Positions 48,972-58,214 of a stretch of DNA of 64,000 nt are shown here, piece after piece. Where the stretch lies: the NCBI GenBank assembly GCA_050952625.1, contig JBMNLH010000004.1, forward strand, positions 256,001-320,000, given 5' to 3'. Position numbers and translations under genes: made by a program. This DNA is from Bacillota bacterium. Its GTDB lineage: Bacteria; Bacillota; Ch66; Ch109. Each line of letters begins with the position of its first letter. Position 1 is the stretch's first letter. The notes beneath the pieces were generated by a model, which had not been told where the DNA came from, did no database searches, and saw only the letters and a list, made by a program, of their open reading frames with translations.

Positions 48972-50510
48972 CTCAACTTTCGCAGTTGATTGATTAATAT
49001 ACTTCTGGTAATTTGAAATTTTGGAACAAAATAAAACAAAGCACCATATTTTCCTGGCATAATGAAGGTAACCACACCCAAAATTATGAGAGGATGGTGC
49101 TTTGCTTGACCTCCATTTTACCAGATCTTTACGAAAAAATCCAAGTTCAATCCAGAATAGCTCAGTTCATAAAAAGGTTTAATGTTCTTAGATTAATGAA
49201 AGAATCCGGATTTAAAAAGGCAAAAGGGGTTTCCTTAGTTAGCATTATCAAATTTCTAGTATCTTTGGTCTTTACCCATAAGAATTTGTTCCGAACTATG
49301 CAGCCTGGCAATGATCCAATGCCTTTTGCCAAAGATACTACATATCGGTTCCTAAACGATCCTCGTTCGGATTGGCGTCTACTGCAATTAAAATTGGGTG
49401 CAGGAATAATTAAACAGGATCTAAATTCATTAACTTCGGAAAAACGCGTCCGTGCTTTAGTTATCGACGATAGTTCCTATTATCGAGATAGAAGCAAGAA
49501 GGTAGAATTGCTTGCCCGAGTTAAGGACCACGTCACTGGTCGATACTTTAAGGGTTTTCGTAAACTAACTGCAGGATGGACTGACGGTGCCACTTTTATC
49601 CCTTTGGCCTTTTCTCTACTGAGTTCAACAAAAGCAGAAAATCGTCTTTATGAGCAGGGACCCCGGGTTCCTAAAGGTTCTCCAGGGGAACTACGACGTA
49701 AGGAAGCCGTGCAGTCAGGAACCTCATTATTATTGGATTTATTGGACCAGATTTTAGAACACGTTCAGGAGTTTCAATATGTTCTTTTTGACAGTTGGTT
49801 TAGCTGGCCGGATGTAATTAAAGGAGTAAAAGAACGTCAACGTGATGTGATTTGCATGCTTAAGGACATGCCGAAAATTAGTTATACCTATCAGGGCCAA
49901 ACCTTCCGTTTATCGGAATTATACAAAGTGGCTGCTAAACAATGTCAGAAGAAATCGTACATTGCGTCTGTGGTTGTTGATTACTACGAAGTTCCAGTAC
50001 GGATTGTCTTCGTACGTAATCGTAACAGCAGCCATAAACGTGAATGGCTGGCTTTATTGTCAACCAATTTAGAGGTAACTGAAGAAGAAATTATTCGGAT
50101 CTACGGCCTTCGTTGGGACATTGAAGTTTACTTCAAGATGTGTAAATCGTTTTTACGCTTAGCAAAAGAATTTCAGTCCCGTACCTATGATACTATGTTT
50201 GCTCACACTGCCATTGTTTCTATCCGCTACATGATATTAGCCATTGAGAACCGTGAAGGCAAAGATAGCCGAGCTAACGGAGAACTTTTTTACCTGTTTT
50301 GCGATGAGGTGGCAGATCTTGATTTTACTCAGGCTTTTTTGTATATTCTAGATTTGTTTACAAAGACACTCCGAGAAAATCTTTTTCTGTCTGACGCTAT
50401 GGTTAATCAGATCTTATCTTCATTTATGGATAAGCTGCCCAGTTTTATTAAAAATCGGTTGCGGCTTAATGCTACTTAAAAGAGTGGATTTGTCAACTGC
50501 GAAAGTTGAG
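48972..50510 (+). mobile_element. Insertion sequence, IS4/IS701-like DDE
   Basis: Perfect 18-bp IR CTCAACTTTCGCAGTTGA; 7-bp target duplication TTAGTAA (48965-48971, 50511-50517). Confidence 0.9.
49013..50479 (+). CDS. DDE transposase (IS4-like YREK signature)
   Basis: VIDDS, LFDSWF, YGLRWDIEVYFK; start probably further downstream. Confidence 0.85.
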   Translation: MKFWNKIKQSTIFSWHNEGNHTQNYERMVLCLTSILPDLYEKIQVQSRIAQFIKRFNVLRLMKESGFKKAKGVSLVSIIKFLVSLVFTHKNLFRTMQPGNDPMPFAKDTTYRFLNDPRSDWRLLQLKLGAGIIKQDLNSLTSEKRVRALVIDDSSYYRDRSKKVELLARVKDHVTGRYFKGFRKLTAGWTDGATFIPLAFSLLSSTKAENRLYEQGPRVPKGSPGELRRKEAVQSGTSLLLDLLDQILEHVQEFQYVLFDSWFSWPDVIKGVKERQRDVICMLKDMPKISYTYQGQTFRLSELYKVAAKQCQKKSYIASVVVDYYEVPVRIVFVRNRNSSHKREWLALLSTNLEVTEEEIIRIYGLRWDIEVYFKMCKSFLRLAKEFQSRTYDTMFAHTAIVSIRYMILAIENREGKDSRANGELFYLFCDEVADLDFTQAFLYILDLFTKTLRENLFLSDAMVNQILSSFMDKLPSFIKNRLRLNAT

Positions 50511-50666
50511 TTAGTAAATTTAAAAATTATTAATAAACATTGTCAGGAATCAATAGCTGGGAGGACATCTTTTTAATTATGTATAAACAGGTTACAAAGG
50601 GGTGATTCCGGAATAGAAACATAGTTTAGTAGTTTAGATTTAAAATGGATTCGAGGAGGAAAAAAC

Positions 50667-51590
50667 ATGCGAAAATTAATTGTTCTACTACTCACTTTAA
50701 TATTTATGATGGTTTCCGTACCAGCCTTTGCCGCTGATATTGCTGATGTTAAGGTAACCGTCAATGGGGTAGAGGTTTATTTCCCGGATCAGAAACCGTA
50801 CATAGACAAAAACCTTGACAGAACCTATGTCCCTTTACGATTTGTCACTGATTACCTGGGCGGAACCTCCGAATGGGATGGAGCCAACAGTACCGCGAAG
50901 ATTAAACGGAATGGGATTCGGATTGAAATGCCCACCTGGTCGATCAGCCCGGTAGTCAACGGAGAACAGAAAACGATGGATGCCCCGGCTGTTTTGGTTA
51001 ATGACCGCACCTGCGTTCCGCTGCGGTTTGTTTCGGAATTCATGGGGGCCAATGTTGAGTGGATTCCGGCGAACTGGGAAGCTCGGATCACTGATGCGAA
51101 GGCCCCAAAAGCGAAAGACCCGGACGTTAAGCGAATGGAGACTCTTTTTGGGGTTGAGTTGAAAGAGAGGGAGAACGATAAGGGCTATTATGAATACCAT
51201 GAATGCGTAGCCCTGAAAAGCAAGGATTACTATCGGAGTTATCTTTCGGTTGCGGTGAATACCCGTGAGGACTATAGATATATTGAAGTTGGGGCAGCCT
51301 GGCCACACAACGGGGTTGTTGGATTGGGTTACGTTCATCCCAGCAAAGTTAACATTGACCTCAGCCCCCTGGAAAAAGTGGTGGAAGAATTGATCCCCGA
51401 TTACCGGAAAAAGGATCAGATTTTGGCCCACGCTTACAAGGTAGTGGAAAAAAGCCAACAGCTTGTGGAAGAGGGTCAAGAAAAAGAGAAAATTCTTAAG
51501 AGAATATTTGAAGATGTACCAGGATATAGCGTCGTAGTCGTCGGACAGGAAGCTTTCAGCTACGCCATGATCAGATTCGTTAAAAATTAG
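50667..51590 (+). CDS. Secreted protein with copper amine oxidase N-terminal (stalk) domain
   Basis: Signal peptide AFA-A, FPDQKPYI, RTYVPLRFV and RTCVPLRFVSE. Confidence 0.8.
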   Translation: MRKLIVLLLTLIFMMVSVPAFAADIADVKVTVNGVEVYFPDQKPYIDKNLDRTYVPLRFVTDYLGGTSEWDGANSTAKIKRNGIRIEMPTWSISPVVNGEQKTMDAPAVLVNDRTCVPLRFVSEFMGANVEWIPANWEARITDAKAPKAKDPDVKRMETLFGVELKERENDKGYYEYHECVALKSKDYYRSYLSVAVNTREDYRYIEVGAAWPHNGVVGLGYVHPSKVNIDLSPLEKVVEELIPDYRKKDQILAHAYKVVEKSQQLVEEGQEKEKILKRIFEDVPGYSVVVVGQEAFSYAMIRFVKN

Positions 51591-51597
51591 AGAAAGG

Positions 51598-52203
51598 ATG
51601 GCTGATTTGAAAAACAAAAAAATTTTAACTGGCTTAATTGCCCTGACTTTACTATCAGGGCTTCTCTTTATCCTTTATCATCAGGTTTTTCAGAGAGATT
51701 ATCTAGAGGCACCTTCCCAAGTCGTTAAACCAGCAGATGTTCAGACGATAGAGAATACCCTGGGAATAACAATGACTGGAGAGGGTGATTCTTGGCGGTA
51801 TAGTCTTCAAAAGGAGGAAGTGTTAAATTCACCCTGGCAAAGTTATTTGGAGATTTACCAAAGCGATGGAGTTGTTAAATTGATGCTGAATTATCCTTAT
51901 AACAGCCCAGGTTTAAAGGAAGTAGCGGTAGAACTAAACCCAATGAATAAAATTCTGAATAGTTACTTCCCTGAAGACGCAGAGCTAACCGCTTCTATTA
52001 TGGATTCCATCCAGCAGTCGATAGCAAAAATGCAGGAAAGCAACGGCTTTGATAAACCAGAGAGCACTCATTTTACTGCCAATTCCAAAGGTATTGTTGT
52101 TCAAACCTTAAAAGATTATCCGAATTTAGTAACTCTAGTTATCTACGAGAGAGAGGAGGGGGTCGAATGGGTCGATGCTTTAAATCAACGGGAGCTGTCT
52201 TGA
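51598..52203 (+). CDS. Membrane-anchored hypothetical protein
   Basis: Single N-terminal TM helix; operonic overlap with neighbours. Confidence 0.6.
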   Translation: MADLKNKKILTGLIALTLLSGLLFILYHQVFQRDYLEAPSQVVKPADVQTIENTLGITMTGEGDSWRYSLQKEEVLNSPWQSYLEIYQSDGVVKLMLNYPYNSPGLKEVAVELNPMNKILNSYFPEDAELTASIMDSIQQSIAKMQESNGFDKPESTHFTANSKGIVVQTLKDYPNLVTLVIYEREEGVEWVDALNQRELS

Positions 52204-54101
52204 TGATTGTGGTTATGCTTTTAACCTCATCGACTTTCAGCCTGGCCAACAACGACAGTAAAATTGATCTGCTTTTAAGGACCGTTTATGGGACAGAGGA
52301 ATGTCCTCATCGTGGTTATCTTGAACACCCTGACAACGGAAAACTTCTATACGCTCGGCTAGACAGCAACGAAAACCTTGTTTTCGGCACCCCTTATGAT
52401 GTGCCGGGCAACAACTGGAGGCCCACCACCGACCCGGTTCACCCTGGCGGTTGGGCAGAACGTAATCCAGACGTGGCTAGGCAATCTGATTGGGGAAAAG
52501 AACCCGCTTTTTTAGGTCACTCTTCTACTTTTGAAAAATTCTCTAACGACTGGTATCCGCCGAGTAGAGAACATAGGAATCTGGGCACCTTAAATTTAAT
52601 TAAGGAGCCTTGGAATAAATCAGGCATTGATTGTCAAGGAAATAACACCAATTTAAACCTTGCTGAACTAGAAAAAAAAGCCATCGTTGACGCAATTAAA
52701 AACTACGGAGCCGCCCTTTCATTGCAGTATAACGGCAAAGACAAGGGCTCTTTTGAGAATAACCCCCTGCTTACAAACGGCAATTTTGAAGATAACGTTT
52801 TCGACTACTTCTTGGTTTTATCCAAACCCTACCCAGGCGTTTCTGGTACGGTTCGTTACTGGCATAAATACAATGGCATTACCTATTATGACACTATCAC
52901 CGTCCACTGGAGCCAGGGACCGGACTTCTACCTTGAAAACCTCAACCCTAACGTATACGACAATGGAGGGCAACCTCTTTACCCGGGCAAGACTTACCAA
53001 GGTAAAGTTATAGCCAAAGTTCAACGCGAAACAGGTAGTTACATGGATCCGATTACCCAAAAGTTTCTTGATGTTTCCAAGCTTGAAGATAAACGGCCAA
53101 CCTTCAACAAAATCCCGATCTACGTCACTATTGACGGTGCTTATTTAAATCCTACTAACATTCGATCTACCCAAACCGGCTTAGGCATTAACGGTGGGGT
53201 GGCCTACCTGGACCCGATGGAGATAGATCGGGAGTACCCGATAGATTTTTTCTTCACTGTGCCCAGCGACTACAATAAAACAGCTATTGAAATCAAGGTG
53301 GTCATTAATACCTTTGAAGCTGATGGTTTTATACCCCCAGGCATAGCACCTAACGGAGCTGAACAATTTAATTTGGCTAACAACATGATCACAGTCAGCG
53401 TTCCCGTAGGTGATGAAAGCAAAGGCCCTGAAGACGAGGTTAAATTACCCACAGAGGATCTTTCGGTCAAAAGTATGACGGTCTTGGATGCTGCAAGCGA
53501 TCAACAAGTAACGAGCGTTAAAGCTAATCAACCCCTAAAGATACAAGCTGTCTTTAATTCAACTTTTCCCGAGGCAGGATGGGTTAAACTGCGGCTTTAT
53601 AAACACCAGGTTGAATACAACAAATTAGATAAAGTAGGCGACACAGTTATTGCTCATATGGATGCTAACGGCACCCTAAACCAAGAATGGCCTGGCATAA
53701 CTATTGGTACAGGTGAATATGCCTTTGTTGTTTCAATCAACGCCATTAATAAGGGCAACGATCCAAATACTAATTGGGAAATAGAAAAATACACTACGGA
53801 TACAGGGGAGGAATTCAAAGAGGCTGACCATGACACTCCCAACGAAAGTAACAACAAATTAGCCTACTCATTAACGGGGAGTGATGCGCCACCCAAAGAA
53901 CCTCAGCCGGTGGTACAAACTCAATCAGTTTGGTTTCCACCCAAGACATGGAAGCTTGTTGAGGATTACAGAACAGAGACAATAGATATATATGGCTGGC
54001 GAGAGGTTGAATTTATCAAAGATCCTAGCAAAGCTAGAATTATTACGAGAATGGTTCCAAATGTTGAAAAGGAGAAATCAGAAGAACCGGAAGAGTGGTA
54101 A
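52167..54101 (+). CDS. Large secreted protein with beta-rich (Ig/CARDB-like) C-terminal domains
   Basis: Signal peptide, DFYLENL/DLSVKSM...NN motifs; function unknown. Confidence 0.6.
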   Translation: MGRCFKSTGAVLMIVVMLLTSSTFSLANNDSKIDLLLRTVYGTEECPHRGYLEHPDNGKLLYARLDSNENLVFGTPYDVPGNNWRPTTDPVHPGGWAERNPDVARQSDWGKEPAFLGHSSTFEKFSNDWYPPSREHRNLGTLNLIKEPWNKSGIDCQGNNTNLNLAELEKKAIVDAIKNYGAALSLQYNGKDKGSFENNPLLTNGNFEDNVFDYFLVLSKPYPGVSGTVRYWHKYNGITYYDTITVHWSQGPDFYLENLNPNVYDNGGQPLYPGKTYQGKVIAKVQRETGSYMDPITQKFLDVSKLEDKRPTFNKIPIYVTIDGAYLNPTNIRSTQTGLGINGGVAYLDPMEIDREYPIDFFFTVPSDYNKTAIEIKVVINTFEADGFIPPGIAPNGAEQFNLANNMITVSVPVGDESKGPEDEVKLPTEDLSVKSMTVLDAASDQQVTSVKANQPLKIQAVFNSTFPEAGWVKLRLYKHQVEYNKLDKVGDTVIAHMDANGTLNQEWPGITIGTGEYAFVVSINAINKGNDPNTNWEIEKYTTDTGEEFKEADHDTPNESNNKLAYSLTGSDAPPKEPQPVVQTQSVWFPPKTWKLVEDYRTETIDIYGWREVEFIKDPSKARIITRMVPNVEKEKSEEPEEW

Positions 54102-54407
54102 AAAAACAAGTGCCTGGCAGTGTTTTTCATAAAGCAAATCAATAAGAGTTAGATTTATTTCTCGAACAAGGATAAGGCGTTATTAACCGAGCCCGGTAGA
54201 GCATCACAGCTCTATCGGGTTATTAATTTGAATAGCACCACAATAATTAATCCCGAACAATATGTGATATATCATCCGGCTTATGCTCTTTTCCCCACGG
54301 CGAATCAAGGATAAAGGCGATGAAGGTTCAATGATTCTAAAATTAGGGGGGTGATTGAACGCTTGTTAAAGCATATAAATTACAAAAGACATCAGGGGGA
54401 ATTCCCT

Positions 54408-54584
54408 ATGAAAATAAAAAAGCCTATCAGAATGTATTATCAAGAGCCTGAGCCTGGGCCAAAAGATGAGGAGGTATTAAACGAACTAGCTAGATATATT
54501 GCAGAAATAATTAAACGAAAACATAGAGTAATTTCGCCTGTTGGTGTAGCTCTTCAAGCTGATCAACCCGGTCAAGAAAGCTGA
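54408..54584 (+). CDS. Small protein, candidate recombination directionality factor
   Basis: 58 aa, AGGGGG RBS, near right att; role is inference only. Confidence 0.4.
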   Translation: MKIKKPIRMYYQEPEPGPKDEEVLNELARYIAEIIKRKHRVISPVGVALQADQPGQES

Positions 54585-54660
54585 TCGACAACCAAATGTT
54601 GTAAAAAAATAAAGTCTATTATACAATTAAATAAAAAGAAATCTTTTATTAGTAGCCTGG

Positions 54661-54729
54661 ATGATTACCGCTTATTATCCTGATCCAGAAGAATGGCAGG
54701 AAGATTTAAAAACAAGGAGAGGTAATTAA
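54661..54729 (+). pseudogene. 3' remnant of a DUF4258-type toxin gene
   Basis: ITAYYPDPEEWQEDLKTRR resembles the DUF4258 C-terminus; directly precedes YgiT-type finger. Confidence 0.55.
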
Positions 54730-54730
54730 T

Positions 54731-54961
54731 ATGAATTGTGTTGCTTGTAAAGCGAATTTAAGTCAGGGAATGATTAATCATATCGTTGATGTAGAGGGGC
54801 AGATCATTATTATTAAAAACGTACCAGCCCAGGTATGCTCTCAGTGTGGAGAATATTATCTTGAACATCAGGTGGCTATTAATTTAGAACACATGATTGA
54901 AGACTCAAAAAAGACCCGAGCTGAAGTGAGTATAATTAACTACTTCGACCGGGTAGCCTAA
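54731..54961 (+). CDS. YgiT-type zinc finger / MqsA-like antitoxin
   Basis: MNCVACK...IIIKNVPAQVCSQCGEYY. Confidence 0.8.
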   Translation: MNCVACKANLSQGMINHIVDVEGQIIIIKNVPAQVCSQCGEYYLEHQVAINLEHMIEDSKKTRAEVSIINYFDRVA

Positions 54962-55000
54962 ATAGCCATGCAGGGAAGGAAGAGCCACCGGCAATATGAC

Positions 55001-55177
55001 TCAAGACATCCTATTCGTCACAATATAGATTCTCTTCCCGACATAACCCCCTTTATACTTACCCTGGCCAAAAGAAGAACGTATCATATCCGGGGATTGT
55101 CCAATTGCTTTTCCCAGAGAAACCGTGCTGTGCAAGAAGTAGGAACGGTCTATTTGAAATTTGCGCAGAGATTGATG
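55001..55177 (-). other. Detached 58-codon C-terminal extension of the recombinase (in frame only on the excised circle)
   Basis: Reading frame continues from ...YLVR across attP into HQSLRKF...VTNRMS-stop. Confidence 0.7.
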
Positions 55178-55178
55178 T

Positions 55179-55304
55179 CTGACCAAAAAGCAGGTAGAAA
55201 AAATAAAGGTCCTGGCGGAAGAGCAGCAGATATCAAGGAGTGCCCTGGTGCGAATAATAATCACCGACTACCTATCGAGAAATACCAAGCCTAAATTACG
55301 GTAG
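55179..55304 (+). pseudogene. 3' part of split RHH gene, LTKKQVEKIKVLAEEQQISRSALVRIIITDYL...
   Basis: In frame with 35044 half via shared core; in-frame TGA at 55173 means no alternative start. Confidence 0.82.
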
Positions 55305-55504
55305 AATCGCAGATTAATGGGGTACATTTTAAGTTATATAGACAAAAAGTCCCCAAGAAATTTGTTTTATTTGGATCAAACTAAGGAGGCGAATAACCCT
55401 GGGAGTATAGCTGCTTGACTGAACTCAATTTAGGGTTATTGCTGGCAGATGAATTTATTGGAAAAAATTACGAAGGAGGAGACCAGAAATGGTTTCCTTT
55501 TTTT

Positions 55505-55534
55505 GTATATATTTGCCCCGGAGTGGTCAAAATG
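55505..55534 (+). promoter_or_regulatory. Sigma-F promoter of spoIIR
   Basis: GTATA-N15-GGTCAAAATG. Confidence 0.7.
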
Positions 55535-55547
55535 AAGATAAACATTA

Positions 55548-56336
55548 TTGGAAAAGCCAGGGGTGGGTAAGATGCAAATGGTCAGGTATATTCGTCGTTT
55601 TAGCTGGATACTAGGTTTCTTATTAATCGGTTTTTGGATAGCCTTAAGTTTGATAATTCCCAGTAGATTACAGTTGCCGTTTTCTGCCGGGGAGATAATA
55701 CAAGGGCAGGTTGCTTCGGGAGATACCCAGGCTTCGGCCGGTCTAATTCGCTTGCATGTTATTGCCAACAGCGATTCCTTAGAAGATCAAGCTCTTAAGT
55801 ATCAGGTAAGAGATACAATCGTCGCTGAATTATCACCAAAATTAAAACATTCTCAAGGAATAGAGGAATCCCGGCAAATAGTTCAGGCAAATCTGACCAG
55901 ACTAGAAGAGCTTGCTCAGGCGACTATAGCCAATGAGGGATATGCCTATCAAGTTAAGGCTGAAGTTGGCAATTTTGATTTTCCAACCCGGTCATATGGA
56001 GAAATAATCTTGCCGGCCGGTCGTTACGAAGCAGTTCGCGTCGTGATCGGGAGCGGTGAGGGAGCTAACTGGTGGTGCGTGTTATTTCCGCCTCTATGTT
56101 TCATAAATGTGTCGACCGGTTTAGCAGCCGCTCCAGAGGGGGAAACAGCAATTGCTGCCGAAATCGAGGTTGGCCAAGATGCTCCAGGGGTAGAGGCTTT
56201 GGCGAGCAGTACAACCAGTTCCGTGGAATCAAATCGCCTGAATATGTCGCCGGATATGGATACGGAAAATGTGGAGTGCCCCAAAATTCGTTGTAAGGTA
56301 TTAGATTGGTGGAATAGTATCTGGAAGAGGCTTTAG
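55548..56336 (+). CDS. spoIIR: Stage II sporulation protein R
   Basis: LIRLHVIANSDS.EDQ.LK..VRD, FPTRSYG, GANWWCVLFPPLCF. Confidence 0.95.
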   Translation: MEKPGVGKMQMVRYIRRFSWILGFLLIGFWIALSLIIPSRLQLPFSAGEIIQGQVASGDTQASAGLIRLHVIANSDSLEDQALKYQVRDTIVAELSPKLKHSQGIEESRQIVQANLTRLEELAQATIANEGYAYQVKAEVGNFDFPTRSYGEIILPAGRYEAVRVVIGSGEGANWWCVLFPPLCFINVSTGLAAAPEGETAIAAEIEVGQDAPGVEALASSTTSSVESNRLNMSPDMDTENVECPKIRCKVLDWWNSIWKRL

Positions 56337-56536
56337 TGAATGGCTATGCTCCTGTTTTAATTCCGAAAATAATATCTTATATGACTTCATCTACGTTAAT
56401 TGTATATATGAGCAGAGTGCTGCGGAGCTAAAGTTCAACTTCTATTACCAACCGGTTTTTCCTGTAGACTTAGATACGATGCTCCTGTTTATGCTATAAT
56501 AGAATTAAAAGGAAATGGGTTAGTGAGTGAGGGATT

Positions 56537-57412
56537 TTGGAGCAATTATCTATTCAGTGCCCGGCCAAGATTAATCTTACTTTAGGGATTCTAGGTCGGC
56601 GGCCGGATGGTTACCATGAATTGGAAACAATTATGCAGAGTATTAGTCTGGTGGACACCCTGCACTTTTTACCGGGCACTACGGGTCTGGAGTTGACCTC
56701 CGATGATCCCAACTTACCAAGTGGTGAAGACAACCTGGTTTATCGAGCAGCTGCTTTACTGATGAAATATGTGGGTCGGTCCAAGCCAGGGGTATGTCTC
56801 CAACTTGAGAAACGTATTCCAGTAGCAGCTGGATTGGCTGGAGGCAGTACAGATGCCGCCGGTGCGCTCAAGGGTCTAAATCGTTTCTGGAACCTTGGCT
56901 TAACTTTCAGGGAGTTAGAAAAATTGGGGGCCCAATTAGGTTCCGATGTTCCATTTTGCATTCGGGGGGGCACTGCCTTAGCTCGGGGAAGAGGAGAACA
57001 GTTAACTCCCCTGTCGGTTCAAACAGGCTGGTGGCTGGTTTTGGTGAAACCGCCGATTGAGGTATCTACGGCTCAGGTATATAGTGACTTTCGCCTACAA
57101 CAGGTAGAAAAACAACCGGATACTCGAGCTATGGTAGATTCCTTGAAAAAGGGGAATCTTAAAAGCATCGGGAAAAATCTAGTCAATGTTCTGGAAACTG
57201 TAACAATCAAACGCCATCCGATAATTGGCGAAATTAAGGCAGAGATGATAAAAAGAGGGGCTGTGGGGGCTTTAATGTCCGGCAGTGGCCCGACGGTACT
57301 TGGAGTGGTGGAGGGACAGCAGGCAGCAGTTGATTTAGCCAATTCTTTTCGCGATCAGTTTACCGCAGTTTATACAGCCCGGACTCTTTCCCCATTAGAA
57401 TCTAACCCGTAG
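56537..57412 (+). CDS. ispE: 4-diphosphocytidyl-2-C-methyl-D-erythritol kinase
   Basis: PAKINLTL, DGYHEL, PVAAGLAGGSTDAA, MSGSGPT. Confidence 0.96.
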   Translation: MEQLSIQCPAKINLTLGILGRRPDGYHELETIMQSISLVDTLHFLPGTTGLELTSDDPNLPSGEDNLVYRAAALLMKYVGRSKPGVCLQLEKRIPVAAGLAGGSTDAAGALKGLNRFWNLGLTFRELEKLGAQLGSDVPFCIRGGTALARGRGEQLTPLSVQTGWWLVLVKPPIEVSTAQVYSDFRLQQVEKQPDTRAMVDSLKKGNLKSIGKNLVNVLETVTIKRHPIIGEIKAEMIKRGAVGALMSGSGPTVLGVVEGQQAAVDLANSFRDQFTAVYTARTLSPLESNP

Positions 57413-57498
57413 TACGAATACCTCAGGACGAAGGATTCTTGCGACAGCAACGTTTCTGCAGTCATCTATTTTAGAAATAAGGCAGGGGAGGGAATGTA

Positions 57499-58191
57499 GT
57501 GACAGATCGACGTTTAATTCCCGTAAAGCTAGATAATTATAAACCATTAAGAGAAATCGTTTTTGAATCTCTTCGGGAAGCGATTATTAACGGGGTGCTG
57601 AAACCGGGTGAAAGGCTGATGGAAGTTCAACTGGCTGAGGAGATGGGGGTAAGCCGGACCCCAGTCAGAGAGGCCATTCGAAAACTGGAACTCGAAGGCT
57701 TTGTGATTATGGTAGCCCGTAAAGGAGCTTATGTGGCGGGAATCTCAATGAAAGATGTCGTTGACGTTTTTGAAATTCGGGCAGCTTTGGAAGGGCTGGC
57801 AGCATCTTTAGCGGCGGAAAGGATTACCGACGAAGAGAAAGAAGAGATGGAAAGGCTTTTAGTTAGAAAGGCTGCCTGTGTAGAGGCTGGTGACTATGAT
57901 TCTTTAACAGAGATAGACACCGAGTTTCACGAACTGCTTTATAAGGCGAGCCGCAATGAACGCCTGATGCAGATTATCAGCAACTTAAGAGAACAGATCA
58001 ATCGATTTCGCATGGTATCTCTTGCTTTTCCCGGACGAGGCCGCGAAGCCCTGGAAGAGCATAAAAAAATGGCTGAAGCCATCGCCGAACGTGACGCGGC
58101 TTTGGCTCAAGCGTTGGCTCAGGAGCATATTGAAAATGCGGAGAATGCGCTGCTTGAGGCAATGCAGAAGACCGGTATTTTAACGGATTAA
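57499..58191 (+). CDS. GntR family regulator (FCD domain)
   Basis: LKPGERL...GVSRTPVREA, EIRAALE, FH, EH. Confidence 0.92.
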   Translation: MTDRRLIPVKLDNYKPLREIVFESLREAIINGVLKPGERLMEVQLAEEMGVSRTPVREAIRKLELEGFVIMVARKGAYVAGISMKDVVDVFEIRAALEGLAASLAAERITDEEKEEMERLLVRKAACVEAGDYDSLTEIDTEFHELLYKASRNERLMQIISNLREQINRFRMVSLAFPGRGREALEEHKKMAEAIAERDAALAQALAQEHIENAENALLEAMQKTGILTD

Positions 58192-58214
58192 TAATTTCCA
58201 ATGACAGAAGGGAA

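Larger units (their letters stand above)
35080..55185. mobile_element. 20.1-kb integrative element inserted by a serine recombinase into an RHH gene
   Basis: Direct core CTGACCA at 35080-35086 and 55179-55185; reconstructed attP has 23-bp imperfect inverted arms; AT-richer accessory content interrupts conserved gene order. Confidence 0.9.

Noticed and set aside
50835-51617. 260-aa minus-strand ORF and other antisense ORFs in the track
   Set aside because: Shadow frames of well-supported genes on the opposite strand
35080-55185. Intact prophage or self-transmissible ICE
   Set aside because: No terminase, capsid, tail, lysis, relaxase, VirB4 or coupling protein recognisable
54968-55294. 108-aa plus-strand ORF spanning the right att site
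   Set aside because: Crosses the junction out of frame with the RHH half and antisense to the recombinase tail; no recognisable features
35044-55304. sigK skin element proper
   Set aside because: The interrupted frame encodes an RHH-like protein, not a sigma factor
55322-55384. Alternative 3' half for the split gene (VHFKLYRQKV...)
   Set aside because: No convincing shared core or attP symmetry; the CTGACCA junction gives both and a recognisable fold
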